DNA from: Candidatus Kaiserbacteria bacterium
GTDB taxonomy: Bacteria; Patescibacteriota; Minisyncoccia; Phycocordibacterales; UBA2100
Direction: 5' to 3'
Length of the DNA stretch: 64,000 bases
Assembly: GCA_016432285.1 (NCBI GenBank)
Contig: CP066682.1
Coordinates: 118,434 to 182,433 of the forward strand
Program-made: the position numbers and the translations under genes
The notes under the pieces: generated by a model
Seen by the model: the letters and a program-made list of their open reading frames with translations, nothing else
What the model was told of the DNA's origin: nothing
Database searches by the model: none
Part shown: positions 57,186 through 64,000 of the stretch, one piece after another
Numbering within the stretch: the stretch's first letter is position 1
Layout of the letters: each line of letters opens with the position of its first letter

Positions 57186-57773
57186 TTACTGAAGCGCGTC
57201 GAAGCGCTTTTCGATCATGCTCCAATTGAGGTTCTTGAAGAAAGCGTCCACGTATGTGCCTTTGCCCGTCGCGCCGTAGTCGAGGAGGAAGGCGTGCTCC
57301 CACACATCGAGCGCGAGGATGATGGGTAGCGTCGCGAAGTGTCCTTGGTGCTGCTCGCCGGTGAATCCCGTGAGGAACTGTTTGCTCTCCGGATCCCAGT
57401 AGAGCATGGCCCAGCCGGGGCCGCGCATCGCGGCGATCGCTTTCATCATTTCGATCAACCACTCGGGCTTGTGGTATTCCTTTACGATCGCTTCGTAGAA
57501 AGCGCCGCTCGTGGGGACCGGTGTCGGTCCGCCCTCAAACTGCGGGAAGTAGTGCTCGTGGAGCCGCATGCCGCCGAATTCGAACGAGCGGCGACGGATA
57601 ATCTCCGCGAGCGGGTGCATATTTTTCTCCGGATCTTTCGCGAGCTCCGGCAAAAGATTCGAGAGTGCGTTGAAATTTTTTACGTAGCCTTCGTAGAGCG
57701 CGAGATGCTGCTTTACCGACTCGTCGGAGATTCCGTCGAGCGAGGGGAGGTTGAATCTTTTCGCCTCAAACAT
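57186..57773 (-). CDS. superoxide dismutase (Fe/Mn family)
   Basis: FEFGGMRLHEHYF and LALDVWEHAF carry the metal-ligand motifs. Confidence 0.85.
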   Translation of the reverse strand: MFEAKRFNLPSLDGISDESVKQHLALYEGYVKNFNALSNLLPELAKDPEKNMHPLAEIIRRRSFEFGGMRLHEHYFPQFEGGPTPVPTSGAFYEAIVKEYHKPEWLIEMMKAIAAMRGPGWAMLYWDPESKQFLTGFTGEQHQGHFATLPIILALDVWEHAFLLDYGATGKGTYVDAFFKNLNWSMIEKRFDALQ

Positions 57774-57815
57774 ACGCCGCACAGTATACCGTATTCATGA
57801 AGGTACAATGACCCG

Positions 57816-58670
57816 ATGCGTCGGAGCGCGAGGCTGTACGGAATCGCGATTCTTGTGCTCCTCGTCCTCGTTTTTGTGATAGGCATCATCGTGCTCCGGG
57901 AGGATCGGCGCGGCTCTCTCACCGTCTCCTTCCTCGACGTGGGGCAGGGAGATGCGATTTTTATCGACGCGCCCTCCGGGAGGCAGGTGCTGATCGATGG
58001 CGGGAAAGGCTCTACCGTGCTGCGGCAGCTTTCGGGAGTTCTGCCGTTTTACGACCGCTCGATCGACATGGTGGCGCCCACGCATCCCGATGCGGACCAT
58101 ATCGGCGGTCTTCTCGACGTGCTGAAGCGGTACGAGATCGGCACGATCATCGAATCCGGCGTGCAGGGCGACAGCTCGATTTTTGCGGCGTTTGAAAAAG
58201 CGGCGCAGGAAGAAGGATCGGAACGCCTCGTCGCGAAGCGCGGAGACGTGTTTGATCTCGGAGGTGGTGCGCAGCTCGAGATTCTCTTTCCCGATCGCGC
58301 AGTGCCCGGCGTGGAAACCAATACCGGCTCCCTGGTCGCACGCCTCACGTACGGCGCCACGTCGTTCCTGCTGCCGGGCGATGCGCCACAGAATATTGAG
58401 GAGTATTTGGCGCGGCTCGACGGGAAAAATCTGAAATCCAACGTGCTAAAGGCGGGGCACCACGGCTCGCGCACCTCGTCGGCCGCGCTCTTTGTGGGGT
58501 ACGCAAGCCCGGAGTATGCGATCTTTTCGCGCGGCTGCGAGAATACCTACGGACATCCGCATCAGGAGGTGGTCGATCTTTTGGCGCGCTTTGAAATACC
58601 GACGCTCGATACGTGCGAGGAAGGCACGATCACCTTCGTGTCGGACGGGAAAACGGTCAGGAGAAAATAA
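57816..58670 (+). CDS. metallo-beta-lactamase-fold protein (ComEC C-terminal domain-like), membrane-anchored
   Basis: FLDVGQGDAIFID...HPDADHIGG...GHHGS are MBL motifs, with an N-terminal TM. Confidence 0.75.
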   Translation: MRRSARLYGIAILVLLVLVFVIGIIVLREDRRGSLTVSFLDVGQGDAIFIDAPSGRQVLIDGGKGSTVLRQLSGVLPFYDRSIDMVAPTHPDADHIGGLLDVLKRYEIGTIIESGVQGDSSIFAAFEKAAQEEGSERLVAKRGDVFDLGGGAQLEILFPDRAVPGVETNTGSLVARLTYGATSFLLPGDAPQNIEEYLARLDGKNLKSNVLKAGHHGSRTSSAALFVGYASPEYAIFSRGCENTYGHPHQEVVDLLARFEIPTLDTCEEGTITFVSDGKTVRRK

Positions 58671-58681
58671 CTCCCTCTTTT

Positions 58682-58927
58682 CTACTTGATGAGACCGGCG
58701 GCCTTCAGAGTCTGGAAGGCGCCCTTCTTTTTCATGATCTTGAGGCCCTTTGCGGAGACGGTGATCGTTACCTTGCGGTTGAGCTCGGGCACGAAGACGG
58801 TCTTCTTCTGAAGATTGACGAGGCGGCGGCGCTTACCGGTCGGATTGAATTTCGTCGCGCGAGTGCGGTTGGAGTACCCACCGCCGACCTGGGATGACTT
58901 GCCTGTTATGTCGCACACTCGTGCCAT
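58682..58927 (-). CDS. rpmB: 50S ribosomal protein L28
   Basis: MARVCDITGK...VSAKGLKIMKKKG. Confidence 0.8.
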   Translation of the reverse strand: MARVCDITGKSSQVGGGYSNRTRATKFNPTGKRRRLVNLQKKTVFVPELNRKVTITVSAKGLKIMKKKGAFQTLKAAGLIK

Positions 58928-58987
58928 ACGTCCGCGGATCCTACCATCCTGAAAAGGCGAGCGCAAACCTCGCTATGGTAGGATCTC

Positions 58988-59614
58988 GTGATGGAAGTGA
59001 TCGATATCGTATTTCTCGTCGCGGTGATCGTGATGTCCGCAGTCGTGCACGAAGTGATGCACGGCGTAGCGGCCAACTCGCTCGGCGATCCGACCGCGCG
59101 CTTAGAGGGACGGCTGACGCTGAATCCGCTTCCGCATCTCGACCTCTTCGGCTCGATTATCTTGCCGGCAATCTTCGTGCTCACGCAATCTCCCTTGTTT
59201 TTCGCATGGGCGAAGCCGGTGCCGTACAACCCCTACAACCTCCGCGGCGGACGCTTCTCGGAGGCCATCGTCGCTGGTGCGGGCCCGCTCGCGAATCTCG
59301 CGATTGCCCTCCTTGCCGGCCTTTTGCTGCGGCTCGGACTCTTCCCCGGCGCGCCCGACATCATTTTCACGATCGTGGTGATCAACGTCATGCTCTTTAT
59401 CTTCAATCTCATTCCCATTCCGCCGCTCGACGGCTCCAAGGTAATTGAGGCGTTTCTTCCGGGGCCTCTACAGTACGCGTATGCTGGGTGGCGCCGCTCG
59501 CTGGAGCTGAACCCCTTCCTCGGCTTCGGGATCGTCGTGCTCATCATCGTCTTTTTCGGCGGCACGTTCGGCAGCTTCGTCTACCAAGTCGCGCGTGGCA
59601 TCGCGGGCGTGTAG
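58988..59614 (+). CDS. site-2 protease family (M50) zinc metalloprotease
   Basis: HEVMH zinc motif in a TM helix and a second NLIPIPPLDGS motif. Confidence 0.7.
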   Translation: MMEVIDIVFLVAVIVMSAVVHEVMHGVAANSLGDPTARLEGRLTLNPLPHLDLFGSIILPAIFVLTQSPLFFAWAKPVPYNPYNLRGGRFSEAIVAGAGPLANLAIALLAGLLLRLGLFPGAPDIIFTIVVINVMLFIFNLIPIPPLDGSKVIEAFLPGPLQYAYAGWRRSLELNPFLGFGIVVLIIVFFGGTFGSFVYQVARGIAGV

Positions 59615-59673
59615 TCTTGTAGTCTTTCCGCAACGCGAGTGGGAAGCGTCCGATCGGATGCTACGCTTGTAGC

Positions 59674-60711
59674 ATGAAGGTACGCTGGAGCCTGCCGCTT
59701 TTCTTTTGGACGTTTTCGCTCGTCGCGTTCGTGGCTGCGGCGGGAGTCGGCACGCTCGGCGGCATTTCCATGCGCATCCCGTCCGAAAGCGCAGGACAAC
59801 TCGCGGCGGGCGGCTCACTGAATCTCGCGGCACCCAAAAGCTGCATGGAAGCGATCTCGCGTGCCGTTACGATGCAGGGCGTCAACGACGGCACGTACAC
59901 CTCGACCGTAACAGGCGTCGGCAAAGAGCTTTCCGGGAAAACGCTCGACGATTGTTACGGCGCGGTGCTGAAGGCGGGCGCAAAACAGCCGTACAAATTT
60001 TCCGACTATCAGTGCACCGGGCGCATAGGCACCACGAAGGTCTCGTCGGCGGGCGTCGTCGACACCACCGTCGCTTCGCTCGGTGCGCCGCCCAAAAAGT
60101 GCAACACCAAGGTGACCAACGAAAAACCGAAAACTCCAGGGCAAGAGCCGGGGCAGGAGAAGCCAGCGGCTGGAAAAGGGGAGGGCGGCATGCCAAAGCT
60201 TCCCGAGCTCCCGAAACCTCCGGGCGGTGGACAGGGTGGCGGACAAGGTGGAGGTCAGAGCCCGCTAGGCGCGCAGACCGGCTGCGCGGAAGTCGACAAA
60301 AGCAAATGCCCCGGGGCTCTTCCCACGGTGAGCGATTCTCTGCTCGGTGCGTTCACCTCGGCAAGCGCGCCCACTGAAGGTAGTGCGCCACAGGCGCAGC
60401 CAGAGCCAAGCGTGCCGTACGAACCGGAGACGTTTGTCTCGCGGCGGGTCGATGGAGCGCCCTACGAGGCGCCCGTGTTCACGCCGGCACAGGACGTGGT
60501 CAAAATCTCCGTCGCCGCTCCGAAAAGCGAGTCCGCACCCGCTGGTCCGTACACCGGGATCACTCCCGAGATCATTCAAACGACCGGATTTACGGATACG
60601 AGTGTGAACACAGCGGTGAGCGAAGACCTTTCCGGGCAAGGCGTGCTCCAAGGACTCTTCACGCGACTCTCCAACGGACTCCGCAGCCTCCTCAGCAGAT
60701 TTTCTTTCTAG
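59674..60711 (+). CDS. secreted Gly/Pro-rich hypothetical protein
   Basis: Signal peptide; PGQEPGQEKPAAGKGEGG... low-complexity region. Confidence 0.45.
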   Translation: MKVRWSLPLFFWTFSLVAFVAAAGVGTLGGISMRIPSESAGQLAAGGSLNLAAPKSCMEAISRAVTMQGVNDGTYTSTVTGVGKELSGKTLDDCYGAVLKAGAKQPYKFSDYQCTGRIGTTKVSSAGVVDTTVASLGAPPKKCNTKVTNEKPKTPGQEPGQEKPAAGKGEGGMPKLPELPKPPGGGQGGGQGGGQSPLGAQTGCAEVDKSKCPGALPTVSDSLLGAFTSASAPTEGSAPQAQPEPSVPYEPETFVSRRVDGAPYEAPVFTPAQDVVKISVAAPKSESAPAGPYTGITPEIIQTTGFTDTSVNTAVSEDLSGQGVLQGLFTRLSNGLRSLLSRFSF

Positions 60712-60771
60712 ACGCGTAAAAAAAGCGGCCCGCGAGGGCGGGCCGTTTTGTTTTTTTCAGTGGCGCAGACG

Positions 60772-61150
60772 TTACGCCGCGCTGAAGATCTGCTCCGTCT
60801 CGACGACCTTGATGCCACCGTCGGGCCACTCATCGTCGCCGCAGTGTGAGCGGACCAGAGCTCGCGCCCGATCGAGCGCCTGATCCTTGTTATGGAGCGG
60901 CCGTCCGGTGAAGCGGTACTGCTTTACGGCGGGATCGAGATGCGGCCAATTGGCACGGAACTTCTTGAGGTCGTTCCCCTCGAGAAATGCCACACGAAAT
61001 TCGGTGGCACCGTGGTTGGGGCCGGGCGAGCGGACCACGTAGACGGCCTGGCTCGGGTAGCCCGTGTGGATGCCAGGCGTGGACGATGGCCGCCACGGCG
61101 CGGAACTGTAGGGCGTGTCGCCAAAATAGGAATAGGAATGCGCCACCATT
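60772..61150 (-). CDS. hypothetical protein
   Basis: 126 aa from MVAHSYSYFG. An AAGGAG RBS lies upstream. This is the only plausible portion of a 541-aa antisense ORF. Confidence 0.35.
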
Positions 61151-61260
61151 GCATTTCTCCTTCTGAAGAACCGGGATGGTTCTCTGTGGCCACTCTCCCA
61201 TATCTTGCGTCCGCACTCAATCAATAGTAGACTCCGCGGTGCGCTGAGGCGCATTTTTTC

Positions 61261-61677
61261 ATGGCAACGATCAACCAGCTCACACGAAAGGGACGCCGCA
61301 AGAAGACGTGGCGCACCAAAACCATCGCGCTTTCGCGCGGCTTCAACACGCTTGAAAACCGCCCGAGCTTTTACCCCGCGCCCTTCAAGCGTGGTGTCTG
61401 CTCGCGCGTGACCACCAAGACCCCGCGTAAGCCCAACTCCGCGATCCGCAAGATCGCCCGTGTCCGCCTCAGCAACGGCATGGAAATCACCGCATACATT
61501 CCGGGCGAGGGACACAATTTGCAGGAGCACTCCGTGGTCTTGGTGCGCGGCGGCCGCGTGAAAGACATCGGCCTTCGATATACCATCGTGCGCGGCAAGC
61601 TCGACACCGCCGGCATCGACAAGCGCCGCCGCGGCCGCTCGCTCTACGGAGCCAAGAAGCCGAAAGGTGAAAAATAA
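61261..61677 (+). CDS. rpsL: 30S ribosomal protein S12 (with about 13-aa N-terminal insertion)
   Basis: [46 protein letters not shown]. At 138 aa it is longer than the usual ~124. Confidence 0.9.
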   Translation: MATINQLTRKGRRKKTWRTKTIALSRGFNTLENRPSFYPAPFKRGVCSRVTTKTPRKPNSAIRKIARVRLSNGMEITAYIPGEGHNLQEHSVVLVRGGRVKDIGLRYTIVRGKLDTAGIDKRRRGRSLYGAKKPKGEK

Positions 61678-61680
61678 TCT

Positions 61681-62142
61681 ATGCGACGCCCTGTCAAAAA
61701 TCGCAACCAGCCCGGCCCCGACGAGATCTACGGATCCGTGAAGGTCTCGAAGCTCATCAACTACGTGATGGAGCGTGGCAAGAAGGACACTGCACGGAAG
61801 ATCGTCTACAAGGTGATGGAGGAGTTGAAGAAGGACGGCGACCCTGTCGCACTCCTTGAGCAGGCGCTCGAGAACGCGTCTCCCACCGTGGAGGTGCGCA
61901 GCCGCCGCGTCGGCGGCGCCAACTATCAGGTACCGCGCGAGGTCAACCCAAACCGCAAGCTCGCACTCGGGCTCCGCTGGATCGTGGAGGCAGCCGAGGG
62001 CACCAAAGGTAAGCCCATGAACGAATCGCTGCTCACGGAGCTGAAGGCCGCGATCAAGAACGAGGGCGTAGCCGTCACCAAGAAAGAAACGACCCACCGC
62101 ATGGCCGAAGCCAACAAGGCCTTCGCCCACTTCGCGTGGTAG
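61681..62142 (+). CDS. rpsG: 30S ribosomal protein S7
   Basis: S7 family motifs (GKKDTARKIVY...RRVGGANYQVP). Confidence 0.9.
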   Translation: MRRPVKNRNQPGPDEIYGSVKVSKLINYVMERGKKDTARKIVYKVMEELKKDGDPVALLEQALENASPTVEVRSRRVGGANYQVPREVNPNRKLALGLRWIVEAAEGTKGKPMNESLLTELKAAIKNEGVAVTKKETTHRMAEANKAFAHFAW

Positions 62143-62173
62143 ACAAACAGATACCTTCTGGCACCATACGTGT

Positions 62174-62569
62174 ATGGGTCTAGAAAATAAGAAAAGTCTG
62201 GAGTCGGAAGCAGTTGATATCCAGAAGTTAGGGCAAGATTTCGCAGACTTGGCTGACCAGCGAAGATTTGCGGAAATCCAAATTTTGGCAAAACAAGTAA
62301 GACTCACTCCGCAACAGCTTTCTAATACTTTCGAACAGGCGATAAGAATTATGCAAAAAAAATCGCCTCTTACCCTAACCAATAGACCCATTACCATAGG
62401 TTTGACAGGAGGCGCGCTGCTCGGGATGTTAGCAGGTCAGATTGTTGTGGGAGCTATGGCTGGAGGTTCCGCAGGTGCCATCGTGGACCAGATGCAAGAA
62501 CATGCGCAGAGGGATAAACTCCAGAAACTAATAGAAGCGAAAGAATGGCTCGAAAAGAGCAATAGTTGA
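62174..62569 (+). CDS. glycine-zipper membrane protein, hypothetical (lower GC, part of insertion)
   Basis: GLTGGALLGMLAGQIVVGAMAGGSAGAIV is a glycine-zipper motif. About 45% GC. Confidence 0.4.
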   Translation: MGLENKKSLESEAVDIQKLGQDFADLADQRRFAEIQILAKQVRLTPQQLSNTFEQAIRIMQKKSPLTLTNRPITIGLTGGALLGMLAGQIVVGAMAGGSAGAIVDQMQEHAQRDKLQKLIEAKEWLEKSNS

Positions 62570-62613
62570 CGAAGCATATCCTGTAGTTCACTCAGCCTTC
62601 TTTCAAAAGTAGC

Positions 62614-62637
62614 GACCCGCAGGTTAGACCTGCGGGT
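62614..62637. repeat. REP element gacccgcaggttagacctgcgggt (3' flank of RAYT, overlaps its stop codon)
   Basis: Same palindrome family as 15340..15366 and 63321..63356. Confidence 0.65.
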
Positions 62638-63301
62638 TTGCCTCCATGTAGTACTCCCTGGCGTCCTTGAGCATATCGCGCAGCGATGGCATCCGGTCAT
62701 AGTAATCACCGAGAACTTTCTGCGGAATTTTGCTCTCCGGTCGAATAGTTCCGTTCATATCCGGCAGATTCGAATACGGGTATTTCAGTAGCTTCTCTCC
62801 GACCGTCGCGATATTACCGACGCCGCGTTTCCAGTTTCGTTCGAACAGCTCAATCGGGTTTAGAAGGACATATGGAATCACTCGCTTCAGGTAGGCGTCG
62901 TCTGTAATGTGTTTCGACTTGAAGCTGCCCGCAAACAACGGGCCAGTTCGTTCGTTTTTATTATTGAAATACATTGTGTAGCCAGTGAAAACTCGCTGCA
63001 TGAAGGTGGCGATACCTCCCGATTTGATTTGATGCAGCACGAAATGCACGTGCGTGGGCATCAAGCAGTACGCCGCTATTTCAACAATCGGATCCGCGTC
63101 GAACCTCTCGTTGGCCAGTACAGCATGAAGATGGAGATCGGCTATGTCGGAAACGCGACGACTCGCGCTACTGTTCGCGACATACGCGTGAACGAGGAAA
63201 CGTTCATAGTCAGTTTTATTTTGAAAAACAATTCTTTTGTCTACGCCGCGGGAGTAGCAGTGATACCACTCACCAGCGGGCATCGGGGGCCGAGTTGCCA
63301 T
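62624..63301 (-). mobile_element. REP-associated tyrosine transposase (RAYT, IS200/IS605 Y1-transposase-like)
   Basis: 225 aa. HuH motif CLMPTHVHFVL and a downstream catalytic Tyr region (YLKRVIPYVLLNP). Flanked on both sides by cognate REP palindromes. Lower GC. Confidence 0.8.
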
Positions 63302-63320
63302 CCATTTATCTTATCACCAA

Positions 63321-63356
63321 TCCCGCAGGTCGAACCTGCGGGTGAACCTGCGGGTT
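63321..63356. repeat. REP doublet cccgcaggtcgaacctgcgggtgaacctgcggg (5' flank of RAYT)
   Basis: One full palindrome plus a partial tandem copy of the right arm. Confidence 0.65.
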
Positions 63357-63443
63357 AAGGTCAGCGGGTTAGATCGGAACCGTCTGCGATGTCGGGTGCG
63401 GCTTCACGCTGCGTTTAGCCGCACTCCGTACCATGGGCGGCGT

Positions 63444-63548
63444 ATGGATTTTCTGCTTCTCATCGGCGGCCCTCTGGGCTTCGTGGCCATCTGCATGTTC
63501 GGGCTCTTTTTGGCGATGGTCTTCATCGAGGAGTTCTACGTGCGCTGA
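63444..63548 (+). CDS. possible 34-aa hydrophobic peptide
   Basis: MDFLLLIGGPLGFVAICMFGLFLAMVFIEEFYVR; speculative. Confidence 0.15.
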   Translation: MDFLLLIGGPLGFVAICMFGLFLAMVFIEEFYVR

Positions 63549-63607
63549 GCATCTTTGCGTTTTCGCGCCATATCGGCTACATTACTGAAACGCCTTCGGG
63601 CGTCTTT

Positions 63608-64000
63608 CTTTTAGCGTATGGCACGAGACTACCCACTCGAAAAAGTCCGCAACTTCGGCATCGTCGCGCACGTGGACGCCGGGAAGACCACCACGTCGGA
63701 GCGCATCCTCTACTACACCGGCGAGTCGCACAAAATCGGCGAGGTGCACGAGGGCAACACGGTTACCGACTGGATGGAGCAGGAGCGCGAGCGCGGCATC
63801 ACGATCACCGCCGCTGCGATCACTTGCTTCTGGAACCCCACGTACATGGGGAGCGACACTTCCTACAAGCACCGTTTCAATATCATCGATACACCCGGAC
63901 ACATCGACTTCACGTCGGAGGTGAAGCGTTCGATGCGCGTCCTCGATGGCGCAGTCGTCGTCTTCGACGGCGTCGCCGGCGTGGAGCCGCAGAGCGAGAC
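63608..64000 (+). CDS. fusA: elongation factor G (5' part; continues beyond window)
   Basis: [35 protein letters not shown]...DTPGHIDF is the G-domain. Confidence 0.9.

Noticed and set aside
60772-62397. 541-aa minus-strand ORF
   Set aside because: Most of it is antisense to rpsL and rpsG. Only the distal 126 codons (60772..61150), with their own RBS, were kept as a possible gene.

Overview
The window is mostly a high-GC (about 65%) bacterial chromosome segment. Its left 8 kb is a low-GC (about 40%) island that abuts a comM/yifB gene truncated at its Walker B motif.

The compact gene style, a trigger factor without a PPIase domain, a split comEC and an extended S12 N-terminus are compatible with a Patescibacteria/CPR-like lineage (weak inference).

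The island carries three modules:
- a cell-wall amidase;
- a restriction-modification locus with two HTH regulators, a D12-class adenine methyltransferase, a permuted N6_N4 methyltransferase, and a 544-aa nuclease with a zinc ribbon, LAGLIDADG-like motifs and a C-terminal PD-(D/E)xK motif;
- a three-gene cassette of a minimal GS...DxD nucleotidyltransferase (CD-NTase/SMODS-like), a 2TM protein with a predicted beta-rich C-terminus (Cap15-like) and a small DUF3892-like protein.

I consider this last cassette the best candidate for an uncharacterised or poorly characterised signalling abortive-infection system. An S24 LexA-like repressor of intermediate GC sits at the island junction.

The rest is housekeeping: pnp, rpsO, rarA, ilvC, xth, cca, hup, rny, clpP, tig, ppa, nusA, a type IV pilus cluster (pilB, pilC, three prepilin-like genes), tpiA-pgk, recJ, sppA, rnhA, mscL, comEC, SOD, rpmB, and rpsL-rpsG-fusA.

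Other notable structure:
- a REP-associated tyrosine transposase (RAYT) flanked by its cognate cccgcagg...cctgcggg REP hairpins, inserted with a glycine-zipper gene between rpsG and fusA;
- more REP-like palindromes elsewhere in the window;
- a nested tRNA locus in which a complete tRNA-Pro(TGG) is bracketed by a perfect 15-bp inverted repeat inside a split tRNA-like gene;
- duplicated tRNA-end repeats next to two tRNA-Gly genes;
- a roughly 400-nt gene-free lower-GC segment ending in a terminator (candidate ncRNA);
- a lower-GC orphan gene wedged between pilB and pilC;
- a PIN/HTH toxin-antitoxin pair next to a Xer recombinase.

No CRISPR array was seen. All calls rest on reading the translations and sequence by eye; no database searches were possible.
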